The position numbers and the translations under genes are program-made. DNA of 64,000 nucleotides from Octopus vulgaris (taxonomy: Eukaryota), in assembly GCA_951406725.2 (NCBI GenBank), contig OX597815.1, positions 165,106,001-165,170,000 on the forward strand, given 5' to 3'. Positions 50,593 through 63,950 of the stretch are shown here, piece after piece (position 1 is the first letter of the stretch; each line of letters starts with the position of its first letter). The notes under the pieces were generated by a model. It did not search any database and was not told where the DNA came from. It was given only the letters and a program-made list of their open reading frames with translations.

Positions 50593-50790
50593 TCATCATC
50601 ATCATCATCATCATCATTTAGCGTCCGCTTTCCATGCTAGCATGGGTTGGACGGTTCAACAGGGGTCTGTGAAGCCAGAAGGCTGTATCAGGCCCAGTCT
50701 GATCTGGCAGTGTTTCTACGGCTGGATGCCCTTCCTAATGCCAACCACTCCGTGAGTGTAGTGGGTGCTTTTTACGTGCCACCCGCACAG
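50590..50790 (-). mobile_element. RTE 3' tail fragment, low divergence
   Basis: (CAT)n-ttagcgtccgctttccatgctagcatgggttggacgg... Confidence 0.85.
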
Positions 50791-51407
50791 TATATATATA
50801 TATATATATATATACAAATACATTTACATACATAGATACATATGTAGAGATAAATAGACAGATAGATAGACTGCTAGAGACATACAGATACACACACACA
50901 CACTGGTACCATTTGAGGGTTATGTGAGCAGGCTGCACTAAATAACACTATAAGAAGGTGACTCCAAATTGACTGCGGATAAATGTTTTGCTGTCTCTTT
51001 ACTCAAAATTCCACTGTTTCCAAAAGCTGAATGTTCACAATAACCGCATAAAACTATGTTAATATCAAAGTACATTAAGGTCATGCATATGATGCCAATT
51101 ATAGTTGTTATTTTGCTACTTGTTTGTGATTGCTATTTCATTAAGTGATATAATGTAATTATTACTAATGAGGCACATTAGTACATTTATAGATTTAGTA
51201 GGAATTCTGTTTTGTATGGTTTGGTATATACAACTGCACTGGGTTACACCAATATTTGTGATGGCGCTGTAATATATATATATATATTATTATAGAATAT
51301 TATTTAGTATAGAAATTTTTAGTAAAATGTTAATAATTATATATTTAAATTTATATAATACCTTTCAGTATTAAATGAATTACTTTATGGAGGTCCTATC
51401 TCTTAAT

Positions 51408-51482
<75 letters not shown>

Positions 51483-51880
51483 ACAGGTGTGGCTGTGTGG
51501 TAAGAAGTCTGTTACCCAACCACATGGTTTCAGGTTCAGTCCCACTGTGTGACACCTTGGGCAAGTGTCTTCTACTACAGCCTTGGACTGTCCAAAGCCT
51601 TGTGAGTGGATTAGGTGGATAGAAACTGAAAGAAGCCTGTCATATATATATATGTATATATTTATGTGTGTGTCTGTGCTTGTCCCCCACCATCGCTTGA
51701 CAACAAATGCTGGTGTGTTTATGTACCCGTAACTTTGTTCAGCAAAAGAGATCCAATAAAATAAGTACCAGGCTTACAAAGAATAAGTCCTGGGGTTGAT
51801 TTCTTTGACTAAAACCCTTTAAGGCAATGCTCTAGCATGGTCGCAGTCAAATGACTGAAATAAGTAAATTGATAAAAGAA
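51483..51880 (+). mobile_element. SINE family 1
   Basis: Full head, body and tail match. Confidence 0.85.
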
Positions 51881-51925
51881 TAAAAAAAGACACACACATA
51901 CACACATATATATATATGTATGTAT

Positions 51926-51980
<55 letters not shown>

Positions 51981-51985
51981 CATAC

Positions 51986-52018
<33 letters not shown>

Positions 52019-52249
52019 TATGTAAACAAATGGACAGACATACAAACATGTCAAATTTCTGTGTATCTTAGTTGAATGAAAATATGATGAACAGTGTTAA
52101 TCGATTTTCAACTTTTACTGGGGTCTCATCAGAGATGTCTGCACCACTCAACAAACCACAGAGAAATAAGTAGCCCAATCTGTGTCTATACACATCAAGT
52201 CTAGTGACTTCAGAGAACTAGAAGTACTAATTAAGTTACAAATATCTGT

Positions 52250-52450
52250 GGCTGCATGTGTATCATTGGTGATTTTCTTTCTCTGTCTTCCCTTCTTTGG
52301 ACTTTTTCTATATTTCTGATGAAGAGCTCTGCTCGAAATGTGAAATCCTCTTTCTTGTTTTTCCTTTCCTGAGTGTCCAATAACATAGTACTTGTTTTAC
52401 GTCTTCACATTGTTGTTTTTTCTTGGTTGTTCTTGTTTGGGTTGGCTATA
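52250..52450 (+). mobile_element. Second, older copy of the 50363-50553 pLTR family, with hammerhead at 52312-52346
   Basis: AUUU-CUGAUGA-A-GAGC(UCU)GCUC-GAAA-UG-UG-AAAU; the GUG triplet is probably inactive; flanks align with the minus copy. Confidence 0.7.
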
Positions 52451-53031
52451 CATATATATATATATATACAAAATGTAATTTAGATTCAGTTGAATTAGGT
52501 GCTTAAATTGAGGTACCTTGTTTGGACGAACTAATTTGCACACTCAGACAATATTAGGTAAATATCAAACTCTACATAGAATTTTTCCACCTGATATTCT
52601 TGCAGATGGCATGATCCAACTTAGTGAATAAATCCGCTCATTTGTTCAGACACGTACTTTATATAAAGGTACTTTCCAAATACTTCTGAAGTGCAGATTC
52701 CAGGGTAGGTGAGTAAAATATAAATGAGTAACAAAGATATATAAGTGTCAATTCCTTACAGCCTATCCCCTTTTTCCTTTCCTTTCAATTATCACCACTC
52801 CCCCATCAGGCATTCTTGCTTACCACCCTAAGGCCTACCCTTTGGTGTTGATATAGCTGGATGTAAAGTTACATTTTCTTAGATAGTAGAATGGTCTGTC
52901 ATGATACTAATTAAGCATTTTTTTTTTGTAATGAGATGAAAAACCAAGACTACATTCTCCTTATTGTCTTTGATATGTAGATAACAGGGGTCACTACTCT
53001 CATTTATCCCTCACTCCACCATTTTAGCCTA

Positions 53032-53446
53032 TACTCTTTTACTCTTTTACTTGTTTCAGTCATTTGACTGCGGCTATGCTGGAGTACCACCTTTAATCGA
53101 GTAACTCGACCCCGGGACTTATTCTTTTGTAAGCCTAGTACTTATTCTATCAGTATCTTTTGACAAACCGCTAAGTAACAGGGACATAAACACACCAGCA
53201 TCGGTTGTCAAGCAATGCTAGGGGGACAAACACAGACACACAAACACACACATGCATATATATATATATATATACATATATACGACGGGCTTCTTTCAGT
53301 TTCCGTCTACCAAATCCACTCACAAGGCTTTGGTCGGCCCGAGGCTATAGTAGAAGACACTTGCCCAAGGTTCCACGCAGTGGGACTGAACCCGGAACCA
53401 TGTGGTTGGTAAACAAGCTACTTACCACACAGCCACTCCTGTGCCT
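53032..53446 (-). mobile_element. SINE family 1, full length
   Basis: Reverse complement of 23476-23878. Confidence 0.9.
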
Positions 53447-53577
53447 ATGCTAATTTCTAGTTTGTCTGTCACTGTTTCATTCTGCCAAAAAATTTAGCAG
53501 TGGAATCATTGTAAATATTTGCTGTCTATTGATGATGTGAATATGTTTAAATATCTAACTTGTCCTTTATGCTTTCG

Positions 53578-53665
<88 letters not shown>

Positions 53666-56460
53666 ATCTATATAAATATGCATATGTTTAAATTTATATA
53701 AATAAGGATAAGGTCGTTAATCTAAATATCGATCTTATCAAGTGGCCAGCATGGGAATAAAAACCTTCAAAGGTAATAATTATTATTAAAATTATAATTT
53801 AGGGTATCTAAGAGATATTGCCATGCTGGAAATAGCAGCCAAGTCTTGACTCTAAAACCACATTAAATGTTCATACAACACCAAGAGAAAAGACAAAAAG
53901 ACAAAATAAACTAGCAAAAAAATTCATAAATATGTATATATATATACTCACAAACATACACACACTGAAAGATAGACAGACAGAAAGATAAGCATTCAGT
54001 TGCATCTCAGAAAATTAGAATGGATATTTGTGTCAGTTAAGATAAAATATCAAAATTTCAATAGTTTTAGGCTCACTAAATCTAAAATGCTTTGCTCCTA
54101 GTTGGAAAATTCTGCTCTTAGCCATTCCATGAACTCTCTGCAACTCCAGCTGTTTGAAGCCACCTGCAGTCAGCAATTGTATGGGGTGCCATATCATATG
54201 TATGGATGCATATGACATAGCACCCCATACCAATGTAGTTACTCAGAGATGCAGTCAAAGCAAGGCTGTGTACAAAGGGAGCTTGGAGCATATAGAAACT
54301 GTCAGCTGACAAATTATGTGTTAATAAAGGATTTCTATTTCAATAAGATTTGTCACCTGTACGTAGTACTAGAACAGAACCACTGCTTGATATGATGATC
54401 ATCATATCAACATGCTCCCTTAGGTAATTAATTCAAAAGAGCTGAATCTCATATAGCTAAAAAAAAAAAATTAGACCAGTCTTTTATGTAATGGTTTAAA
54501 GTCTCCCTTGGTTTTACTTAAGAATCGTGTATATCATTGTATAATATATTTTGCATGTTCGTTTGTAGAAGAAACAAAAGAGACCCGTGGTACAGTGGAT
54601 CAAAGCAAGAAACATTACAAATTCTGTTGGTTGTTCAATCCTTGTTTCAATAGTTCAGTTGGGTCGTCATTGGTTACATGGGCTCTGTTATGTTAATTTT
54701 CCTCAAAGCAGCAAGATCTGTATCACTTGCCTTGATGAAAAACTCTCACCCCTCTGACTCATAAATAATCTGTTTCACCAATTTATGGAAAAAAGGAGGC
54801 TCCAGAACACGTACAGTATTAGTTGTTTGAAATATAATATGCACAATGTGATTGGACCTTTGATCCAATCCCCACTGCGCAGCACTCAACCAATTATAAC
54901 GCAGGACTCAAAAAATGTCCAAACACTCATATGATAGGTATGTTAACCAATCACTACAGATTAACATGATGAGCCTATATAACTCAATTGTTTTCAATAT
55001 GCAATAATAGAAATTGTCTCTTGCTACAAATCTATATCCTGGCAATCAGGCAGAACTAAAAGCCAATATCAATATTGCCAAGGCTATCATTGCTGCTGAG
55101 CTGTGTTACAAGTGGTTTTTCTCAACACTCCAGCATGGTCAGGGCAGGCAGTGTACCAAGATTGCTTGAAGTATATAAAACTCTTGTCAGTTGACAGGTT
55201 ATATGGTAAGGTAGGATTTCTGTTGCAATAAAATTTGTTACTTGTATATAATACCAGAACAAAATCACTACTTAATATGCTGGTCATCACATCAACAAGT
55301 TTCCATAAGCAAGTAAGCCAACAGAGCTAAATCCCATAGAGCATCTATAGGGCATAGTTATAAAGAATGTAACCAATCTGTATCTTGGCAAGAAGGCAGA
55401 ATTGAAAGCTATGTCATATCTGAGCTGTGTCGCAGGTAGTTTTCTCAACACTCCATCATATTCAAGTATTTATTGAAACTAAATTAATTGCAACTAAGTA
55501 ACAACTGGTATTTCATTCATACCATGTTTCAATTGCTTACTGATTCACTCTAATTCAACAATAAATTTTGATAGGGTATCACATTCTAAGAGTTTGAAGT
55601 ATTGGAGTTTTAATGATTCCTCTGAGGAGACCATAAAAGTTAGCTTGTATCAACAAAATTTTGAGAGTAGATTAATTTAATAGATATGTACATATGCACA
55701 TGCACACACATACACACATACATACACACACAAACACACATGCATATTATACATATATTCATACCTTCCATGCACACACACATACATGCTCATATTATTC
55801 ATACGTTCATACCTTCCATGCACAACCACACACACACAAACATACATGCATATTATACATGCATTCAAACGTTCCATGCATGCACATATACTCACAAACA
55901 CACTCATAAACACATGCATACACACACATATCATACATACATTCATGCTTACCAGATTACATATGTGTGTGTGTGTATTTTATATATATATATGAATATA
56001 TATCGTTTTTTTTTACCTTTTGAAAAAAGATTTTTTACTTAATTGCTTGGAAGTGCTCAGGTCGAACCCGATATGTTAGACATTATATAATTTGGTATAA
56101 GAAGAGACAAAATTTAGATAATCATTTATATTTATGATTTACACCAACATAATACATAAATACATACATAGACATAACAAAAAATTACAAGACAAAGAAC
56201 GTATTCATATATTATTTAGAAAGAAATATGAGTTATCTGAGGTAAAACTGTACACGGAAAGGGTAAATGAATAAATAAAGGTTGATATATCGATTAAAAA
56301 TCATATTAAATTTAAATTTAAGGTCAAAGGAAGGACGTTGAAATAAGGATTAAAAGTTATAAAATAAATCAGCAGTTGTGGGAAATCCGCATTATGGATT
56401 TAAAAGTTTAGAAGAGTTCCCAATAAATGTTTTATAGAGGGTTATAATGTCAATATGAAG

Positions 56461-56547
56461 CTATTTGACAGTCGTTTCTGGAGTCCATTAGTCAGCAGGT
56501 ATGAATCCTTTGGATTCACACTGACATGTCCTCTTCATCAGGAATAA
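56461..56547 (-). ncRNA. Hammerhead motif with long structured stem II
   Basis: Minus strand UUAUUC-CUGAUGA-AGAG..GUCAG-UGUGAAUCC(AAA)GGAUUCAU..CUGAC..CUCCA-GAAA-CGACUG-UC-AAAUAG; GUC triplet. Confidence 0.6.
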
Positions 56548-56593
56548 GTAAATAGATAATTTATCAAGTTTGAAGACATATATATATTAGAAG

Positions 56594-56847
56594 TTTTTGC
56601 ATAGTAAGATAAAAAAAACCAAGGCTGTGTAGATATTAGAGAATTTATAAATAGAAGGTCTTCTATCTATATATGCTCTAATATCTACACAGCCTTGGTT
56701 TTTTATCTTATTATGCAAATGCTGACATAGAACCAATGTTGAACCCTTTATTCACAATATTCCTGAATCTGGAACTTAACTATGGTCTGTCTATAGCACT
56801 TATTCAGCATTACCTTACGCCTTTGGGTCTCAATGACACCATTATCT

Positions 56848-56852
<5 letters not shown>
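56594..56852. repeat. Hairpin plus 130-bp unit, copy 2
   Basis: taagataaaaaaaaccaaggctgtgtagatattagag / ctctaatatctacacagccttggttttttatctta followed by the same 130 bp as 31000-31135. Confidence 0.8.
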
Positions 56853-56882
<30 letters not shown>

Positions 56883-58240
56883 ACATTGTCTGTTATAAAT
56901 TATCATGCATACACACACAAATGTATGCAGTTCCACTTGGATCATACCATCACCGTGCTCTCTTCCAAAATGTAAGTAGCTATGTAAACCTTCTGCAGCA
57001 AAAAACCTCTTCTCTAGGAGCCCTGTCTCTCATACTTTAACTTTGTGGCTCTGTGCATAAAGCCACCTATTTCTGAGTTCATGGTCTTGCAAGTTAGATG
57101 GCAACCTCACTAGTGCTGGTGCCCTGAAGAATGGCTGGCGTTAGGAAGTGCAAGCAGTCACAGGAACCACGTCAAGGTAGACAATGGAGTGTAATGCAAT
57201 ATTTGGAGCTATTGGAACCTGTCTTACCACTCGCCACATGCCACTATGTAACATGTACGTTTGAATAATGATGATGATGGAGATGATGATGCAGCTGATG
57301 ATGAAATTAATGATGGTATGATATGATATATGATATGGTATGGTATGATATGATATATGATATACAATCCATCCATACATACATATAGGTGCAGGCATGG
57401 CTGAATTTAAACCCTCATGGTTTTTAGATTTGTTTCCTATGCATGAACTCTAAGAATCTCTGCTTTCACTAATTCCAGCATGCCTTCAGAAACTAAAATA
57501 TTTAGAATCTGTAAATGAAGCAAAGTTATTTCAGAACATTGAATCCTCTTTAGCTTTTAATTTCTTTGATCTTTCATTCAGAAAATTTTCAATGCATGTA
57601 CATGTCTGTGCATATATATATATATTTGTGTGTGTACATGCATGCGTGTGTGTGTGCACATGTATGTGTGTGCATGCATGTGTGTGCGTGCATGTGTTTG
57701 CTCGCATGTGTGTGTGTGTGAATGTGTGTATGCATGTGTGTGCATACATATGTACATATGCTTATATTTACATGCATACTTATATATACATACATGCATA
57801 CATACAAAGCGAAGTTTTATGAGCTCATATATATTTATGTGGTGCAGATAGGAAGAGGTATCTGACATTTTCGAGCTGTCCCTCTTACAGAGAGCGAAAA
57901 ACATTTTAATGGATAAACACAGCCATGCTCTATGTAACGTACATATATATGGAGTATTTCATTATGTGCATAATCATTACTAAGCCATGACTCCTTGCCA
58001 GGGGTTAACATAGCTCTTTAAAAATAAAATCATTTGATGCTGTCTATGAGATTAACCTAGAAGATTATGCCACTATAATCTAGGTATTTCTCTTTTCCCA
58101 CATGATTCAATAACTTTCTTTTAATTATTGACAAATTGAGTCATGAATTTATCAACACCTGTTTCTACATCACCACCAACTCATGCAAAAGCTCTTACAA
58201 ATTTCTGCATTCACTAGCCAACTCCAATACGTGTGTTTAC

Positions 58241-58286
<46 letters not shown>

Positions 58287-58568
58287 TTTATTAAAAAAAT
58301 TTTTTTTAACACAAGCATCTTGCTTTGAAAGTTTAAATAATGTTCTTGTGAGAAGAAACACATCAAATATCAACTGAAAAATCCTCACAAAAATAAATTG
58401 TTCAGTGCAAAAGTAAAATTTTAAAAAAAAAATAGATGAAAGGAAAAATCACGTATACAACAAAAATGAAACTGCACCCCCCATCAAATAAACCAATTTG
58501 GATAGTTGTAAAGTCAATAAATATAATTCTTTGCCTATTTGTCTTGAAAAAATATATACATATATAAA

Positions 58569-58600
<32 letters not shown>

Positions 58601-58621
58601 GATAAAAAATATATAAATATA

Positions 58622-58678
<57 letters not shown>

Positions 58679-58832
58679 AATAAAACAAATATATAAATAT
58701 AATATACATACATACATGCATGCATGCATGCATGCATGCATGCATGCATACATACATACATACATACATACATACATACATACATACATACATACATACA
58801 TACATACATACATACATACATACATACATACA

Positions 58833-58909
<77 letters not shown>

Positions 58910-59243
58910 CACACACACACATGTATACATGTATGAGTGAAAGTATGCGGGCTAGCGATGGGGATGTTACACATACTTTTGCGATTCTCAGACTGTGGCG
59001 ATTAGTATTCTTGAGCAAAACACTTCATTTCATGTTGCTCCAGTCCACTCAGCTGCAAATAGGTAACCCTGTGACAGGCAGGTGTTTCGTCCAGGAGGAT
59101 TGTTAGCCTGCCCAGCCAGTGGGTTGGCATCATTTAAAAGCTACAACAATGTGAGGAAGTTTGTTATGACCAGCAATGTATAACAACATCTGAGAGTATA
59201 TATGTATGTGTGTGCATGGGCGTTGACAGACAGACAGACAAAC

Positions 59244-59310
<67 letters not shown>

Positions 59311-59848
59311 CAGACAGACATACGGACAGACAGACGGGCAGTTAGATAGATAGATAGGTAAATATGAAAATGGTAGGGTGTATTAGTATAAATCAAAATA
59401 AGACTGCCTCAAGCCTACAGGCTCATGAAATAGGATACTATCTGGGATTCTGAGACATTCAGACAACTGAAATTACATGACTGCTCCCTAAATGAGTTAC
59501 CTTCACCCCAGCTACCACTGGAATTCATTCTCATCTGAGTGGACAGGAGTGGACAACAAGGACATGATACACAATTCAGTTTGAAAATCAAACCCAAGAC
59601 TCAATGACTGTGAGTGGAACACTAACTAGGAGGCCATACATGTTGACATTGGGCCAAATAGCTCGTGATATTTTGGTTATGCCCATTTATACATTATTTC
59701 AAATTCTGTCCAATCTATATTGTCTTTCATTCCCTCTGAAGTCTATAAAATAACTATAAGTGGAAAAATAAATACTAATAAATAATGAAGATCGATGTGA
59801 TTGACCTACAAGGTCATATACCAGCGATGCTACAGTCTAATAATTAAA

Positions 59849-60180
59849 ACCACATGATTCCAGGTTTAGTCCCACTGCATGGCACCCTGGGCAAGTGTCT
59901 TCTGCTACAGCTCCTGGCTGACCAAAGCCTTGTGAGTGGATCTGGTAGATGTAAACTGAAAGAAGACCATTGTGTATATGTATGTGTGTTTTTGTGTCTG
60001 AGAACTGGTATTGGTGTGTTTATGTCCCTGTAACTTAGTGGTTTGGCAAAAAGAGACAAACAGTACAAGTACCAGGCTTTAAAAAAATAAGCACTAGGTT
60101 CAATTCATCCTATTAAAAGTTCTTTAAGGTTGAGCTCCAGCATGGCCACAGTCTAGAGACTGAAACAAATGAAACATAAA
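59849..60180 (+). mobile_element. SINE family 1, 5'-truncated
   Basis: accacatgattccaggtttagtccc...gactgaaacaaatg. Confidence 0.8.
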
Positions 60181-60190
60181 AGGTATATGT

Positions 60191-60229
<39 letters not shown>

Positions 60230-60949
60230 GATATCAGATACACTGAGAAGAGCAGCTCTGTCTAATTCAGTTCTTCACCAGAAATAGATTGATAAATATA
60301 TCAATAAAAAAAAAATATCCAATCAATTTTTATTTATCTTAGATAAGCATTTATATCATAATTAATAGCTTGACTTGTCTGTATCTGATGTACTTCTTTA
60401 ACTTATCTCTGTACTCATGACAAAAAATGATTGTATATTTGTTATTCATCAAATCCCTTACTATGAAGTTTTTATACACCAAGCACTCCTGGGTGTTTTC
60501 CTTACTTTGTTAAGTTCATTTGTTCAGTCATTTCATGTTTGTTTATTTTTTCTCATGTAGACGTGGGTGAGACTAAAACATTATTAGGGTGCATTTTCTG
60601 TTACTGACCCTTAAATGTTTTTTTTCAAGTAAGGGAGTTTCCATTCTAGCTGTCTTCAAAAGCACAGAGTTTGCGGATGATTCATATGCTGGGAAATGTC
60701 AACCATCACCATCTGTAGTTCATCACTTTCTCATGTGAATTGCAGATTGCAAACATCTAAACAGACACACATATGCACACGTGTATATACAGATACATGT
60801 GTGTATATATATTTCCTACTCCCTGCAGCAATTTTATTGTACTCAACTCTTGCTGTCAGTTTTTTCAAATGATACAATCTTCGTGACACAAATCCTTATT
60901 GGTCTTCCTAAATTTTGTTTTTTCATAAATGTGTGTATGTGTGTGTATG

Positions 60950-61014
<65 letters not shown>

Positions 61015-61015
<1 letters not shown>

Positions 61016-61395
61016 CCTCATCGTTTAATGTCCGCTTTCCATGCTGTCATGGATTGGACGATTCGACGGGGGATTGGCAAGCCAGGAGGCTGCACTAGGC
61101 TCCAATCTGATCTGGCAACATTTCTACAGCTTGATGCCCTATTAATGCCAACCACTCCGAAAGTGTAGTGGATGCTTTTTACGTGTCACGGGGATTGGGA
61201 ATCAGTTGGGTGGCACTGGCATCGACCATGTTTGGATGGTACTTTTTACGTGCCACCGGGACAGGAGCCAGTCAGGGCAAAGGGGCTGGCATTGGCATGA
61301 GGAGTCAGTCAGGCAGCACTGGCTTTGACCCATGCATGAATAGTGCTTATTGCACCAGCACGGGTACCAGCCAGATGGCACTGGCATTCGCCACA
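61015..61395 (-). mobile_element. RTE 3' UTR fragment
   Basis: tttaatgtccgctttccatgctg...cgtgccaccgggacagg... Confidence 0.8.
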
Positions 61396-61899
61396 ACTAC
61401 AATATATATATATATATATATATATATGAATGTATGTATGTATATATAAGAAAAGGGGAGGAGGAAGCATTTTGATTATCTCCATGTAAGTTGTAATGCA
61501 AAAAATATATATATAAAATGAAAGAAGAAAAATGCACAACACAGCTAACATAGTTTTGGTATATTTTTTATTACATTTTATAAGTGAAAGGCTATTGTAT
61601 TTGTTGACTGGTTTTGCTTTCGCTAACCATGACATTGAAATTATCGTAATTTTGTATTTTCTTAAGATTTTAGTTCATGTTGTGTATGGGAGTTTGTGAA
61701 TGAAATGAATAAATAAGGAGAAAAATCTAAGGGGAGGTAATTATTGATCATTATTATTGGGGACAGGGGAGGTAATTGGTCATTTTGGGGGAAGGAGAAA
61801 ATAAATATACAAAATTTCAAAAGCTAAAATAGTGAGATGAACTATTCATAGTGATGGGTATATGAACATGAATTAAAATATATACTGGGACTGAAGTTG

Positions 61900-62550
61900 G
61901 TTATGCATTCATATTTAGGAATGTTCTATATTTTTTTATCAATAAATTTTCTGTATTTAAACTTTCTTGTACAGAAATTGTTTCTTTGTTCTGGTAGATG
62001 GGGAAAACTGAAGTTTGGCTGGATATTACCTGCACATCTCTCTATATGTTCACTCAAAGAAATCTGTCTGTACCATGGGAAACGGATCTGTTCCTTATGT
62101 AGTGTGGTTCTCCATCTAAGTGTCATACTTATCAGTCCTATATAGCTATGTCCACAATCTGAACAAGTTATAACATAAATTGGTTTCTCTGAAGTACAAA
62201 TAAAGTTGGTTTTAATTGTGAACCTCTCTCCTTGTTTGAATAGGAATTCTGAACCTTCCAGCAGGTTGGGGCCTTTTCCACAGTTTGGGCACCCATTGGT
62301 TTCATGGTTGTTGTGTAAAGATTTGCATCTGTCAGAAGTCTTTTCAGTGATTTGTATTGCTTTTTGCATTTGATGAATTTATATTTTTAGAATGTTGTTC
62401 ATTTTTGGATTTCTAGTGAGCTTAGGTAGATTTTGTACAATAGTGTTGTATGCCTCATTGTTTCTAGGGTTGTGAGTTGATGCATACGTTAGTATTTTGA
62501 GATGTGGTGTGGTGTTACATTTGCTTCCCTTAATGTTTTAATGCCTAATT
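61900..62550 (-). pseudogene. Penelope-like element linker plus GIY-YIG endonuclease remnant
   Basis: ILTYASTHNPRN..., CPNC, FICTSEKPIYVITCSDCGHSYIG...LRWR..H...LSEH (IY-CxxC-YIG signature of PLE endonucleases); frameshifted. Confidence 0.85.
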
Positions 62551-62695
62551 TAAAGAGTTGTTGTATAAGACACTTGCCTAAGAAGCTGTGCAGTGGGACT
62601 GAACCTGAAATCAGTGAGTGAAAAGCAATCTTCTTAGACCCAGAGCCATGACTGTACACGTAATTCTCTTCATTTGTATTAACAGTTAGGTAATG

Positions 62696-62734
62696 CTTTC
62701 CTGATGAAGTAATTGGACTGAAACATGTCTGAAG
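62696..62734 (+). ncRNA. Minimal hammerhead ribozyme motif
   Basis: CUUUC-CUGAUGA-AGU(AAUUGG)ACU-GAAA-CAUG-UC-UGAAG; palindromic ACAUGU stem III, GUC triplet, one mismatch at the base of stem I. Confidence 0.65.
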
Positions 62735-63062
62735 TTGTTCCCATACAACAAAAGATCAAACTGATTCTCCACTGCATTTCATATTTAATTAATGTTAATC
62801 AAATAAAATCTTCATATTGCCTTCATTGTCTTTTTATAACAGAATTACTAATTTAGTTAATGATTATTCTCATCTGAGAAGATATAATTTTAATTGATTT
62901 AAATTTCTTAGTTTACAATATCGATTATGGTAGTGGCTATTTTATTATTAATGCAAACATTGATCAATTATAACACCAATCATGTTTTCTCTAGTAGTAA
63001 GTTCAAGAGAGCTCAAACAATGTTGCTAGAAATAACAACCAAATCTCCTTTAAACTGTATTC

Positions 63063-63447
63063 TTTTTTTATTCTTTTACTTGTTTCAGTCATTTGACTGT
63101 GGCCATGCTGGAGCACTGCCTTTAGTCGAGCAAATTGACCCCAGGACTTATTCTTTGTAAGCCCAGTACTTATTCTATCGGTCTATTTTGCCGAACCGCT
63201 AAGTTACAGGGATGTAAACACACCAGCGTCAGTTGTCAAGCGATGTTGGGGGGACAAACACAGACACACAAACATATATATATATATATACATATATACG
63301 ACAAGCTTCTTTCAGTTTCCGTCTACCAAATCCACTCACAAGGCTTTGGTCGGCCTGAAGCTATAGTAGAAGACACTTGCCCAAGGTGCCACGCAGTGGG
63401 ACTGAACCCAGAACCATGTGGCTAGTAAGCCACACAGCCACTCCTAC
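63063..63447 (-). mobile_element. SINE family 1, full length
   Basis: Reverse complement of 23476-23878. Confidence 0.9.
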
Positions 63448-63689
63448 ACCACTGTAACTGCTATTTTATAAAAAAGAAAGGGCACATTGGATAATTTAGT
63501 TCCAGATATACTTCTGAAAAGTCAAAATGGTCACTGTTGATTTGTGGCACAATAACTGAACCAGTGACATTTAAGGGTCATAGACATGAAGAGATGATGT
63601 AATGCCAATAAATGTGTGCCAAACTTGGAAAGATTTATCTTTCATTTCACTTGAATGCTAAAGTTTAATTAGGGTGTGTTGTCTAATGA

Positions 63690-63950
63690 TTTGGGTATAA
63701 CCTGGTTGGGAGATTGTAGTTTTGATTCCTCAACTGAGCAATGCATTATGTTCTTGAGCAAAGCACTTCATCTCACATTATTCTGTCATCATTTTGATTC
63801 CTTAAATGTGGAACACTGTGCACCTGTACAAGAATGTCAATTTGATAGAGGGATTGTGCTCATGTAAAACACAAACATTTGATCATTATAAGCAAATCAG
63901 CTGTGTAGTTGTTCAGCAAGAAATTGCAAAACCCTCATCTATTGTCTACA
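63690..63950 (+). mobile_element. Old SINE family 3-related copy
   Basis: gttttgattcct...gttcttgagcaaagcacttcatctcac. Confidence 0.5.

Noticed and set aside
55615-55670. CTGAGGA-GACC hammerhead-like start (also CTGATGA at 47254 and 42827)
   Set aside because: No GAAA and stem III in the correct position.
308-61014. Numerous YI/HT/CV/YLSI, poly-I and poly-N ORFs
   Set aside because: They are microsatellite translations with no domain content.
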